Assembly (NCBI GenBank): GCA_945870105.1
Contig: CAMBRL010000002.1
Location: forward strand, 4,246-68,245
Direction of reading: 5' to 3'
Source: Chitinophaga pinensis
Lineage (GTDB): Bacteria > Bacteroidota > Bacteroidia > SXHM01
DNA length: 64,000 bases
The notes below the pieces were generated by a model that was given only the letters and a program-made list of their open reading frames with translations, made no database searches and was not told where the DNA came from. Numbering within the stretch: position 1 is the stretch's first letter; every line of letters starts with the position of its first letter. The position numbers were made by a program, and so were the translations under genes. Positions 16,231 through 26,700 of this stretch are shown here, one piece after another.

Positions 16231-16461
16231 GGCAACCAATGAACGGGGGAAGGTAAAACGCCACTCAGGGACGGCAACCAATGACAGGGGGAAGGCAACG
16301 CACCATGCAGGGAGGGCAACGCATGGCTCGGTGACAGCAACCAATGGCAGGGGGAAGGCAACGCGTCATTCAGGGAGAGCAACGCATGGTTCGGGGACAG
16401 CAACCAATGACTGGGGGAAGGCAACGCATCGCTCGGAAAAGGCAAAAAATGAACAGAAAGG
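16231..16461. repeat. Minisatellite array 2: 11 units of exactly 21 bp (GGCAACCAATGACAGGGGGAA / GGCAACGCAYSNTKCAGGGAG / RGCAACGCATGGYTCGGKGAC) with a 63-bp higher-order repeat
   Basis: Hand-cut units all 21 nt. G-runs recur every 21 nt on the + strand. ORFs open on both strands across it are artefacts. Confidence 0.9.
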
Positions 16462-16469
16462 GGGTAATT

Positions 16470-16976
16470 CTATCCTTTTTTGATCTTTTCCTCTATGGCA
16501 GAAGTGGAATAACCCGGCACAAAGTCAATGGTTTTTACTTCGCCATTGTAGGTTTGCAGAATGTCGTAACCAACAATTTGCTCGGGTTTGTAGTCGCTGC
16601 CTTTTACAAGCACAGCCGGGCGGATGAGGGAAATAAGATTGTAAGGAGTGTCTTCATCAAACAGCACCACGGCATCCACAAATTGGAGCGAAGCAAGAAT
16701 GGTGGCGCGTGAGTTTTCGTTCTGCAAGGGGCGATGGTTGCCTTTCAGGCGCTTTACTGAACTGTCGGTATTGAGACCAACAATTAATATATCGCCCAGG
16801 TCTTTGGCTTTTGAGAGATAGTCCACATGTCCGTAGTGGAGCAAATCAAAGCAACCGTTGGTAAATACAATCTTCTTTTCATAAAAACGCCAGGTGTTCA
16901 GTGCCTTCTGAAGCGAATCTCCTGAAAGGATTTTTGCGCGAATGATATCAAGCTTTGTTTTGTGCAGTTGTACCAT
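16470..16976 (-). CDS. rfaE2: D-glycero-beta-D-manno-heptose 1-phosphate adenylyltransferase (RfaE domain II type cytidylyltransferase)
   Basis: IVFTNGCFDLLHYGHVDYL (HxGH nucleotidyltransferase motif), 168 aa. Confidence 0.85.
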   Translation of the reverse strand: MVQLHKTKLDIIRAKILSGDSLQKALNTWRFYEKKIVFTNGCFDLLHYGHVDYLSKAKDLGDILIVGLNTDSSVKRLKGNHRPLQNENSRATILASLQFVDAVVLFDEDTPYNLISLIRPAVLVKGSDYKPEQIVGYDILQTYNGEVKTIDFVPGYSTSAIEEKIKKG

Positions 16977-17970
16977 TTTTATTGAGATGCTGAACCAAAA
17001 TAAGTGAAGCTATTGCAAGGAGAATTAACAACAAAGTTTGCGATGTCCAGGTAAGCCAGCCAAAAGCAAAGCCCCCTATCTCCGATGCTCCGTAAAGCTG
17101 CAAGGTAACTTGTAAAATAAGCGGGTAAAATCCAATTCCGCCTTGCGAAAATACCATTCCAAATGTTCCGAAAACAAAAGCTGCAAGCATCGCATCCATT
17201 GATAAGCCCTTGGTTTCAGCCAACGCAAACGTGCTGAAATACAGCATGAGGATATACAATGTCCAGATGGCAAGGGAATGAAAAATAAAAGCTCCTTTGT
17301 TTTTAACGTTCTTAATTGCAACCAACCCTTCAGCAAAGCTTTTTGTAATGCCTGAGATTTTATTAAAAAATGATTTTAATTTATTTCTGAAGACAAAAAA
17401 CAGGATGACGGGCACAACCAAAAATAGTATTCCGAGCACTGTTGCCATAACAATGGAGTTTTGTAACAAGCCAATTTTTTCTCCCAGCGGAACCAAAAAA
17501 TATTTAGAGGTATTTTCAGCTAAAAGCTCGTATTGCGTAACCAGCGTAATAAATGTAAGCAGCAACAGTATCAACATATCTATGAGCCTTTCCGCCACCA
17601 CGGTTCCAAGCAAAGGTGGCAGCGGTATTTTCTCATATTTATTCATTACTCCGCAGCGCACAACTTCACCCAAACGCGGAAAAAGCAAGTTGGCTCCATA
17701 ACCTATAGCTACGGCAAAAAAACTATTTCGGAACTTAGATTTATAACCCAGCGGCTCAAGCATAAGCAACCACCTGTATGCCCTACTTAAATGGCTAAAT
17801 AAGCCAGCAAGCATCGCAATTAAAATCCAAAAGTAATTTGCTTCTAAAAAAGATTTCCGGATGTCTTCCTTATCTTTTGCATCAAGGTCTTTTACAACCC
17901 ACCAAATAAGAAAAACCCCAAGTCCGAGGGGAATAATGAACTTGAGGATATTAATGAGCGTTTTGGTCAA
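16948..17970 (-). CDS. UPF0104 / lysylphosphatidylglycerol-synthase-TM-region-like (flippase-like) membrane protein
   Basis: 340 aa, about 8 TM helices, [11 protein letters not shown] motif. TTG start overlapping the panD stop (TTGA). Confidence 0.8.
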   Translation of the reverse strand: MTKTLINILKFIIPLGLGVFLIWWVVKDLDAKDKEDIRKSFLEANYFWILIAMLAGLFSHLSRAYRWLLMLEPLGYKSKFRNSFFAVAIGYGANLLFPRLGEVVRCGVMNKYEKIPLPPLLGTVVAERLIDMLILLLLTFITLVTQYELLAENTSKYFLVPLGEKIGLLQNSIVMATVLGILFLVVPVILFFVFRNKLKSFFNKISGITKSFAEGLVAIKNVKNKGAFIFHSLAIWTLYILMLYFSTFALAETKGLSMDAMLAAFVFGTFGMVFSQGGIGFYPLILQVTLQLYGASEIGGFAFGWLTWTSQTLLLILLAIASLILVQHLNKNGTTAQNKA

Positions 17971-18320
17971 ACGGTAAGTTTGTTCGTAGCTGTGTCAGGA
18001 AAAACAAGAGAGGGTTTGTGATTTCTCGCTTCTTCAAAATCCACAAAACCATAGCCAATGATGATGATGATATCGCCTGTTTGTACTTTGCGTGCCGCAG
18101 GTCCGTTCATGCAAATAACGCCCGAACCGCGTTTGCCTTTTATCACATAGGTTTCAAGGCGCTCACCATTATTGATGTCCACCACCTGCACCCGTTCGTT
18201 TTCCAACAGGTTGGCGGCATCCATCAGATCTTCGTCAATAGTAATACTGCCGATATAATTAAGGTCCGCCTGAGTAACCGTTACCCTGTGGATTTTGGAT
18301 TTCATTACTTGTATCATCAT
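17967..18320 (-). CDS. panD: Aspartate 1-decarboxylase
   Basis: [24 protein letters not shown] (Gly-Ser self-cleavage site), 117 aa. Confidence 0.95.
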   Translation of the reverse strand: MMIQVMKSKIHRVTVTQADLNYIGSITIDEDLMDAANLLENERVQVVDINNGERLETYVIKGKRGSGVICMNGPAARKVQTGDIIIIIGYGFVDFEEARNHKPSLVFPDTATNKLTV

Positions 18321-18333
18321 AGCGGGCGCAAAA

Positions 18334-19179
18334 CTATGGAAATATTAACAGATTATCTATCAGCCTCACATCTCTTATCCAAACGGCAACACAACCTACG
18401 GCCTTCCTTTCAGAATTCCATTCCTGAAGAGGAAGAAGCGTTTCAGAATCAACAATTTCAAAATACTCAAATTTGAAAATGGGATTATGGCTGATGCTGT
18501 TTTCAAAAAGCTCTTTTACTTTTTCTGGCAGAAGCGCTTTAGCATTTTCTTTTGCCTCAACCATTGCTTTGTAAATAGCTGCGGCTTCAACTTTCTCTTT
18601 CTCGGTAAGGCGCATATTGCGCGAACTCATTGCTAAGCCATTGGTTTCTCTCAGTGTTGGGCAGCCGATTATATTAACCGGCAGATTTTCAGCCCTAACC
18701 ATATACCTTATAATAGCCAGTTGCTGAAAATCCTTCTCACCGAAATAAGCATTGTTGGGCTGCACAATTTCAAATAGCCTTTTTACCACCATGGCCACCC
18801 CGTTAAAATGCCCGGGACGAAATTTACCTTCCATTAAGGTATCTAATCCTCCCAAGTTAAAAACAGTACTATCTTTTTCAGGGTAAATTTCTTCCACCGA
18901 AGGAAAGAACAAAACATTGCAACCGTGTTTTTCCAATAAAGCTTTATCGGCTTCTATTGTGCGTGGGTATTTCTTTAAATCATCGGGGTTATTAAATTGG
19001 GTTGGATTTACAAATACACTTGCCACCACCACATCATTCCCTTGCTTTGCTTTATTAATGAGTGAAATATGCCCGCTATGCAATGCCCCCATAGTGGGAA
19101 CAAAGCCCACAGATTTGCCATTTGCCCGCCCCAAGGCAAGAAATTGGTTCAGTTCAGCCGCTTTTTCAAATACCTTCAT
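18334..19179 (-). CDS. panC: Pantoate--beta-alanine ligase
   Basis: [16 protein letters not shown]..., 281 aa. Confidence 0.95.
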   Translation of the reverse strand: MKVFEKAAELNQFLALGRANGKSVGFVPTMGALHSGHISLINKAKQGNDVVVASVFVNPTQFNNPDDLKKYPRTIEADKALLEKHGCNVLFFPSVEEIYPEKDSTVFNLGGLDTLMEGKFRPGHFNGVAMVVKRLFEIVQPNNAYFGEKDFQQLAIIRYMVRAENLPVNIIGCPTLRETNGLAMSSRNMRLTEKEKVEAAAIYKAMVEAKENAKALLPEKVKELFENSISHNPIFKFEYFEIVDSETLLPLQEWNSERKAVGCVAVWIRDVRLIDNLLIFP

Positions 19180-19249
19180 GAATAATAATTAGGAGCAGAA
19201 ACTACTGTAAATCAAGCAAAAACGAAATTATATTTCAGAAAAAACCGTT

Positions 19250-19257
19250 CAAAGCTA
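19250..19257 (-). promoter_or_regulatory. -7 box TAGCTTTG for the panC operon
   Basis: TAnnTTTG match about 70 nt upstream of the ATG at 19179. Confidence 0.4.
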
Positions 19258-19289
19258 TATTAAAGTTTGAATTGTCGTTTTTTATTGCT

Positions 19290-19297
19290 TACTTTTG
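19290..19297 (+). promoter_or_regulatory. -7 box TACTTTTG for the glgA-like gene
   Basis: TAnnTTTG match about 118 nt upstream of the ATG at 19416. Confidence 0.45.
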
Positions 19298-19415
19298 CAT
19301 ACTTATTTCCAAAAGCCTGTTGTTCTATGAAGTCCAAAAATCTCTCCCCGGAACAACCAGAAATAAGCAAAACATTGGCAGAATAATTCACAAATTGTTA
19401 AACTAAATACAACAC

Positions 19416-20243
19416 ATGAAAAAAGCTAAAGTATTATTCGTTTCATCAGAAATTACGCCTTACTTAGAGGAAAGTCCAATAGGAACTATCGGAAGAAAAC
19501 TTCCGCAGGGAATTCAGGAGAGAGGTAAAGAAATCAGAACTTTTATGCCGCGCTTTGGTTGCATTAATGAGCGCAGAAATCAGTTGCACGAAGTTATCCG
19601 TTTATCAGGCATGAACCTTATCATCAACGATAACGACCATCCGCTTATTATTAAAGTAGCTTCTATACAATCTGCACGCATGCAGGTTTATTTCATAGAC
19701 AACGAAGAATATTTTCAGCGCAAACTTACGTATGTTGACAGCGAAGGAAGCCTTTTTGAAGACAGCGATGAGCGTTCTATTTTCTTTTGTCGCGGGGTAA
19801 TTGAAACCGTAAAAAAACTAGGATGGGCTCCCGATGTTATTCATTGCCATGGCTGGATGACCAGTATGTTGCCTTTGATGGTTAAAAAATCATACAGCGA
19901 AGATCCTATTTTTGCAGAATCAAAAATTGTTTATTCCGTTTATGACGATGCTTTTACAGGTCAGATGAACGCTAAAACCGCTCAGAAACTGAAACTGGAA
20001 GGTATGAACGATAAAGACCTTAAGCATTACAAAACACCAAACTATATCAACCTTACCAAATCTGCAATTGACCATAGTGATGCAGTAATCAAAGGAAGTG
20101 AAGCTACCGAGAAAGAAATCAATACCTACCTCCGCGCTTCAGGCAAACCGGTTCTGGAATACCAAAGCCCCGAAGATTACATGGATGCTTACTCAGAATT
20201 TTACGATGCCGTTCTGGAAGAAGAAGGTGTTTTGGCTGACTAA
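19416..20243 (+). CDS. Short glycogen/starch-synthase-like protein (N-terminal GT5 half only, 275 aa)
   Basis: KVLFVSSEITPY...G.IG..LPQ.. and DVIHCHGWMTS match the GlgA N-terminal domain. No C-terminal Rossmann half is present. Confidence 0.8.
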   Translation: MKKAKVLFVSSEITPYLEESPIGTIGRKLPQGIQERGKEIRTFMPRFGCINERRNQLHEVIRLSGMNLIINDNDHPLIIKVASIQSARMQVYFIDNEEYFQRKLTYVDSEGSLFEDSDERSIFFCRGVIETVKKLGWAPDVIHCHGWMTSMLPLMVKKSYSEDPIFAESKIVYSVYDDAFTGQMNAKTAQKLKLEGMNDKDLKHYKTPNYINLTKSAIDHSDAVIKGSEATEKEINTYLRASGKPVLEYQSPEDYMDAYSEFYDAVLEEEGVLAD

Positions 20244-20278
20244 GAATTGAAATCAAAAACTTTGTAAATAATTATTTT

Positions 20279-20313
20279 GCGGTCTTGCCTACAGGCGAGA
20301 CCGCAATTTTTTT
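20279..20313 (+). terminator. Rho-independent terminator after the glgA-like gene
   Basis: GCGGTCTTGCC-TACA-GGCGAGACCGC followed by AATTTTTTT. Confidence 0.65.
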
Positions 20314-20321
20314 AAACCCAT

Positions 20322-21647
20322 ATGCAAAACATTTTTTCTGGTAAGAGTTCAGGGTTATTAAGTGCTCTATTTTTATTTCTGTTAGTTTTTAATTCCTGCA
20401 AAAAAGCAGATACCGTTGGATTGGAAGTATTGCCGGAAGAAGATCGCCTGCAAGGAGAGCATACAGACACGATTACTGTTTGGGCTTATACACTACGGGA
20501 AGATTCATTGAGTACAACTGGAACTTCTTTTAATATTGTAGGAAGCCACAACGACCCTATTTTTGGATTATCAAAAGCAAGCATTTACACACAACTGAAA
20601 CTTTCTGCAGCTAATCCTGCTTTCGGAACTAATGCTACAGTTGATTCGGTAGTTCTTTCATTGGCCTATGCCGGTTACTATGCCGATATTATGAAATTAG
20701 CAGGCGAACAAAGTTTCAGTGTTCACAGAGTCCTTGAAGATATGGGGGATTCGACCACTTATTATTCAGACGATACGCTAGATTATCAAAAATTGCCATT
20801 GGGAACTTATACCGGGTTGATTGACACACGCGACAGTGTTTTAGTAAACGGCACAAATGAGCCGCCTCAAATGCGAATTCGCCTGAATGACAATTTTGGA
20901 AATGAACTTTTAAGCTCAACAGCACTTACTTCTGATGAAAGTTTTCTAAGCGACTTCAAAGGTTTTTATATTACTCCAACTACACAAAATTTATTGACAG
21001 GTCAGGGTTCTCTGCTCTACATCAGTCCTAGCTCTCCGTACACAAAAATGACATTGTATTATCACAATGATGATACCACAGCGCAGCAAAATTTCAATTT
21101 TGTGGTAACTGCAAACACGGTGCGGTTTAATAATTTCTCACACAATTATTCCAATGCGTTTGATGTGGCTGCTCAGTTGGCAGATTCAACGCTTGGAACA
21201 GAACGCTTATACCTTCAGTCAATGCAGGGATTAAAAGCAAAAATTACTTTTCCGCACCTGAATAACTTAGTTGCCAACGGACAAGAAATTGCAATCAACA
21301 AAGCCGAATTGATTTTCCCTATTTCGGCTGGAACAACCTCTCGTTTAAGCCCGTCTTCAAGACTTGTTGTAGTTAAGAAGGGAGCCGATGGAAAAGACAA
21401 AGTTCTTGACGATAACATCAGCGAATCTCCTGAATTTGTTGGCGGCTACTATAACTCAACCAAGTTAGAATATGCTTTTAATATACCTAGACACATTCAG
21501 GGATTACTAAAAGACACCACAGCAGACAAATCAATTTACCTGCGCGTTGCAGGTGCATCGGTTAGCGGAAACCGTGTGGTAATAAATGGAACCGGGAACG
21601 CAGATAAGCCGTTAAAGCTTCGCTTGACTTATACAATTTTAGAATAA
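20322..21647 (+). CDS. DUF4270 family lipoprotein
   Basis: Lipobox LLVFNSC. Size and position between the glgA-like gene and glmS are as in many Bacteroidota. Confidence 0.7.
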   Translation: MQNIFSGKSSGLLSALFLFLLVFNSCKKADTVGLEVLPEEDRLQGEHTDTITVWAYTLREDSLSTTGTSFNIVGSHNDPIFGLSKASIYTQLKLSAANPAFGTNATVDSVVLSLAYAGYYADIMKLAGEQSFSVHRVLEDMGDSTTYYSDDTLDYQKLPLGTYTGLIDTRDSVLVNGTNEPPQMRIRLNDNFGNELLSSTALTSDESFLSDFKGFYITPTTQNLLTGQGSLLYISPSSPYTKMTLYYHNDDTTAQQNFNFVVTANTVRFNNFSHNYSNAFDVAAQLADSTLGTERLYLQSMQGLKAKITFPHLNNLVANGQEIAINKAELIFPISAGTTSRLSPSSRLVVVKKGADGKDKVLDDNISESPEFVGGYYNSTKLEYAFNIPRHIQGLLKDTTADKSIYLRVAGASVSGNRVVINGTGNADKPLKLRLTYTILE

Positions 21648-21673
21648 ATTTGCCCCATTAAATACAAATTAAG

Positions 21674-23512
21674 ATGTGTGGAATTGTAGCATATATCGGT
21701 GAAAAAGAAGCCTATCCTATAGTAATAAAAGGCTTGCACCGTCTTGAATATCGTGGTTACGACAGCGCAGGAGTTGCGCTCATAAACGACAAATTGAACG
21801 TTTACAAATGCAAGGGCAAAGTTGCCGACCTTGAAAATTTTACAAAAGACAAAGACAAGTCCGGAACGCTTGGAATGGGACATACCCGTTGGGCAACACA
21901 CGGAGAACCGAATGATGCAAATGCGCATCCGCACGTTTCGCAAGACGGAAAAATCACCATTATTCACAATGGTATTATCGAAAATTATCATCCGCTGAAA
22001 GAAGAGCTTATTAAACGAGGTCATACTTTTAAAAGCGATACCGATACCGAAGTGCTGGTTCACCTTATTGAAGACATTCAGAAAAATGAAAAAACCGATT
22101 TGGCAGAAGCTGTTAGAATTGCGCTGAATGAGGTGATTGGCGCTTATGCAATTGTTGTAATTTCTCAGGAAGAACCAAACCAATTAATAGGAGCCAAAAA
22201 AGGAAGTCCTATGGTTGTTGGAATTGGAACAGATGAATTTTTTATTGCCTCGGATGCAACTCCCATTGTGGAATTTACCAAGAATGTAGTGTATCTTGAA
22301 GATGAAGAAATTGCCATTATCCGAAGAGGCGAAGAACTGAAAATAAAAACCATCAAGAACAAGGATAAAACTCCGTATGTTCAGGAATTAGAGTTGCACC
22401 TTGAAGCATTGGAAAAAGGCGGTTACGACCACTTTATGCTGAAAGAAATTTATGAGCAACCGCGCTCTATTATGGACAGTATGCGCGGCAGACTGAATGC
22501 AAAAGAAGGGATTGTAAGACTTGGAGGTTTGAGCGATTACGAGCAGAAAATGATAAATGCCGACCGCTTTATTATTGTTGCCTGTGGAACTTCATGGCAC
22601 TCAGGTTTGGTTGGCGAATATCTGATTGAAGACCTGGCACGAATTCCGGTTGAGGTGGAATATGCTTCTGAATTTCGTTACCGCAATCCCATTATAACCG
22701 AAAAAGACGTAGTTATAGCTATTTCGCAAAGTGGCGAAACTGCTGATACGCTTGCAGCTATAGAACTTGCAAAAAGCAAAGGCGCAACTATTATTGGAAT
22801 TTGCAATGTAATCGGTTCAAGCATTCCAAGAATGAGCCATGCAGGTTCTTATACACACGCAGGTCCTGAGATTGGTGTGGCATCAACAAAAGCATTCACT
22901 TCGCAGGTTACTGTATTAACGTTAATGGCTCTTTCGCTGGGACGCAAAAAAGGAACAATTCCCGAATCGCGTTTCCGTCAATTGCTGAGCGAATTGGAAT
23001 TAATTCCTTCAAAAGTTGAAAAACTTTTGAAAGCCAACGACCAGATAGAATATATTGCTTCGCTATTTAAAGATTCGCGCAATTTCCTTTACCTGGGAAG
23101 AGGCTACAATTTTCCGGTTGCTTTGGAAGGCGCACTGAAACTGAAAGAAATCTCCTACATCCATGCAGAGGGCTACCCGGCTGCAGAAATGAAACACGGA
23201 CCAATTGCCTTGATTGACGAAGAAATGCCTGTAGTTTTTATCGCCACCAAAAAAGGTGCTTACGAAAAAGTAGTCAGCAACATTCAGGAAGTAAAAGCCC
23301 GCAAAGGAAAAATTATTGCAATAGTAACCGAAGGGGACACCACTGTAAAAAGCATGGCAGATTTTGTAATTGAAATTCCAGAAACGGAAGAAGAATTAAT
23401 GCCGATACTTTCTGTAATTCCACTGCAACTGCTTTCTTACCACATTGCAGTTATGCGTGGCTGCAATGTTGATCAGCCTAGGAATCTGGCAAAAGCTGTC
23501 ACGGTAGAGTAA
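21674..23512 (+). CDS. glmS: Glutamine--fructose-6-phosphate aminotransferase
   Basis: MCGIVAYIG Ntn start, two SIS domains, C-terminal ..NLAKAVTVE. Confidence 0.97.
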   Translation: MCGIVAYIGEKEAYPIVIKGLHRLEYRGYDSAGVALINDKLNVYKCKGKVADLENFTKDKDKSGTLGMGHTRWATHGEPNDANAHPHVSQDGKITIIHNGIIENYHPLKEELIKRGHTFKSDTDTEVLVHLIEDIQKNEKTDLAEAVRIALNEVIGAYAIVVISQEEPNQLIGAKKGSPMVVGIGTDEFFIASDATPIVEFTKNVVYLEDEEIAIIRRGEELKIKTIKNKDKTPYVQELELHLEALEKGGYDHFMLKEIYEQPRSIMDSMRGRLNAKEGIVRLGGLSDYEQKMINADRFIIVACGTSWHSGLVGEYLIEDLARIPVEVEYASEFRYRNPIITEKDVVIAISQSGETADTLAAIELAKSKGATIIGICNVIGSSIPRMSHAGSYTHAGPEIGVASTKAFTSQVTVLTLMALSLGRKKGTIPESRFRQLLSELELIPSKVEKLLKANDQIEYIASLFKDSRNFLYLGRGYNFPVALEGALKLKEISYIHAEGYPAAEMKHGPIALIDEEMPVVFIATKKGAYEKVVSNIQEVKARKGKIIAIVTEGDTTVKSMADFVIEIPETEEELMPILSVIPLQLLSYHIAVMRGCNVDQPRNLAKAVTVE

Positions 23513-23703
23513 TCCGGAAAATCTGTTTTCTGCAATTTTTTTGAACTCGTTTTTAGCTTGTCATCTCAGGCCAAAAATCTCAGTTGTCGTTCATTAGGAA
23601 TTCTTGCCGACAAGATATTGCCTTTCATCGGCAGTATTGCTTATGTTGTTTATAATAATATACCTTTCCCCACTTATTAAACAACTAACAATTATCTTTT
23701 ACC

Positions 23704-26700
23704 ATGAAAAACCTTTACTTCTCACTAATCACCTTGCTATCCTTTTTAATAGTATTCATTCCGGATGATGCGAATGCTCAATTTTGCAATGCTTTTACAT
23801 CGCAACAAAATGCAACCTGCAATGGCGTATGCAATGGTTCAGGTACAGTAACATTTTTCACTGGCGGTGGTTTTGGCACTCCAACCTATTCATGGAATAC
23901 AAATCCTGTGCAAACAACTGCAACAGCAACTAACTTGTGTGCCGGAACTTATATAGTTACAGTAACAGGTACCAATGGCTGTGTTGATCAGGCAACAATT
24001 ACTATCACTCAACCACAACCTATTAACGCAACTACAAGTCAGGTTAATGTATTGTGCTATGGAGGAACAACTGGCACAGCAACTATTACCGTAAGCGGAA
24101 ACGGGAACTACACTTATTCATGGAATACCAATCCTGTGCAAACTACCCAAACTGCAACAGGACTTACAGCGGGAACTTATACCGTAATTGCAACAAATAC
24201 TAATTCAGGTTGCACGGTTACCAGAACTGTTACCATTACTCAGGGGCCTCAAATAACAGGAAGCATCTCTACAACGCCTTCAGACTGCGGACAAAGCACC
24301 GGAACAGCAACAGCTTCAGCAAGCGGAGGAACCGGTGGTTTTACCTATTCATGGAATACAAATCCGGTTCAGACTACCTCAACAGCTACAGGACTTGCAG
24401 CAGGTGGCTACATCGTTACTGTTACCGATGCAAATGGTTGTACTCAATCAGGTCCAGCAACTATTGAAAATATCGGAGGGCCTGAATTGACACAATCAGT
24501 AACAAATATAAACTGTAGTGGGGGAGATAATGGAACCGCAACCGTTACAGCTACAGGTGGAACAGAACCATACTCCTATTCGTGGAACACTACTCCTGTT
24601 CAAACCACTCAAACTGCTATTGGATTAACAGCAGGAACTTACACCGCAACAGTTACGGACGGAGAAGGATGTTTTGAAACTATTGATGTTACAATTATTG
24701 AAGTAAATTCAATGATTGTAACTACCACTCAGATTAATATCTCCTGCAATGGAGGAGCATCGGGTTCAGCTACGGCTACAGGTGCCGGAGGAACAGCGCC
24801 TTATTACTATTTATGGAATACAGTGCCTTCTCAAAACGGACCAACTGCATCGGGGCTTACAATTGGAAGTTATACGGTTACAGCCGTAGATGCTAACAGT
24901 TGTTCAGCAACTGCAACGGTAACAATTACGCAGGCGGATGTATTTGTAACTACCACCGATCAAACCAACCTAAGTTGCAATGGCGAAAATGATGGAACAG
25001 CAACCGTAAATGTTTTTGGCGGAAATCCTCCTTACCAATTCTCATGGAACAGTAATCCTGTTCAAACTACACAAACCGCAGTTAATCTTGGCGCAGGAAA
25101 TTACACGGTAACAGTAACAGATGTAAGCGGGTGTGTTACAACAGCAGGTGTAACAATTACTCAACCGGCTGCAATTACTTTAAGTGCAAGCGCTACAACT
25201 ACTTCTTGCGGACAAACAGCAGGAACAGCTACTGCAACAGCCAGCGGAGGAACCGGAGTACTCACTTATTCATGGGATACTAATCCTGTGCAGACAACGG
25301 CAACTGCAACAGGGCTTTCAGCGGGTACTTATACTGTAACCGTTACAGACGAGGGCAATTGCTCTGCAACCGCATCTGCAACCGTAACCTCACCGGGCGG
25401 ACCTTCATCTACAGTTACACATACTAACGTTAGTTGTAACGGGGGAAATAATGGAACAGCAACGGTTACAGCAACAGGAGGCTCACAACCTTATACTTAT
25501 TCATGGTCGGGCGGACAAACCACACAAACTGCATTTGGTTTAATTGCAGGAACCTATACAGTTACCGTTACTGATCAGTCAAACTGCACCACACTTTCTA
25601 CTGTAACTATTACAGAGCCACTGCCGCTTTCAATCAGTATTGAAAGTGAAAACGTTCAGTGCAACGGATTGGCTTCCGGCTCAGCAACAGCAATTGTTAC
25701 GGGAGGCGTTTCGGCTTACTCTTATTCGTGGGACACACAACCTGAAGAAACTACCGCTGCAATAAGCGGATTGGATGCAGGCACATACACTGTAACGGTT
25801 GCAGATAATAATGGATGTGAGGCAACAGCATCTGCAAGCATCACTGAACCGGATGAATTAACAGCCGCCACTATTCAAACACATGTATCGTGCTTTGGAG
25901 AAACAAATGGTGCAGCAACTGTAAATCCGGTGGGAGGAACACAACCGTATTCTTATTCATGGAATACTAATCCTGTGCAAACAACTCAAACAGCTATTGC
26001 TTTAACTGCAGGCGGCTATTCGGTTTTGGTTACAGATACCAATGGATGTACTGTTACCAAACAAGTTACTATTACTAAGCCATCGGTTTTAACTACTAAC
26101 TATATAACAACGCCTGAAGATTGCGGTCAAAGCAACGGAAGTATTGCTGCTACGGTTAGCGGAGGAACAGGTGCTTATTCTTATTCATGGAACACTAATC
26201 CTGTTCAAACAACAGCAACGGCAACAGGGCTTGCATCAGCAAGCTATACCTTAACGGTTACGGATGAAAACGGATGCGTTGCAACACTTACCGTAAATCT
26301 TCCTAACGCAGGCGGACTTTTCGCAGAAGCAACCAGCACCAACGTAAGTTGCAATGGAGGTGATAACGGAACGGTAACAGGCAATGCTTCAGGAGGAGCT
26401 CAGCCTTATTCTTATGCATGGGACACAAACCCTGTTGAAACTACACAATCAGTTACAGGCTTATCAGCAGGAACTTATACCGGAACAGTTACGGATGATA
26501 ACGGCTGTGTTTTTACTATAACGGCAACGGTTACTGAACCGGAAGCACTTACCGTAAGCGCTGAATTTGAAAATATTCTGTGCAATGGACAGGCAACTGG
26601 TTCAGCAACTGCAAATGTTGCCGGAGGAACTACTCCTTATGTATATGCATGGGATACTGACCCGGCACAAACCACAACTGCAATTTCAGGGCTTATAGCC

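Noticed and set aside
16200-16712. ORFs on both strands across array 2 (16200-16445 minus, 16226-16483 plus, 16344-16712 plus).
   Set aside because: Same artefact of a stop-free repeat. 16344-16712 also runs antisense into rfaE2.
19327-19386. 19-codon upstream ORF (MKSKNLSPEQPEISKTLAE) and a CTGTTGTTC/GAACAACCAG stem in the long glgA-like leader.
   Set aside because: It is short and unconserved as far as I can tell, and I recognise no regulatory precedent. It could be chance in a 118-nt leader.
21648-21673. Looked for a glmS ribozyme upstream of glmS.
   Set aside because: Only 26 nt separate DUF4270 and glmS, which leaves no room and shows no matching structure. This is consistent with the ribozyme being a Firmicutes-type feature.
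21629-22183. Long antisense or out-of-frame ORFs inside well-supported genes (for example 21629-22183, 43057-43638, 45280-45783, 54180-54641, 33664-34273, 40212-40669).
   Set aside because: They lie wholly within strongly conserved genes (glmS, the beta-helix protein, kup, metH, the sprE-like gene, pyrC) on the other strand or frame. Their composition is low-complexity.
23513-23703. Possible invertible promoter or phase-variation switch upstream of the giant SprB-repeat gene.
   Set aside because: Only a weak 6-bp inverted repeat (TGCCGA/TCGGCA) is present. There are no long flanking inverted repeats and no recombinase gene nearby.
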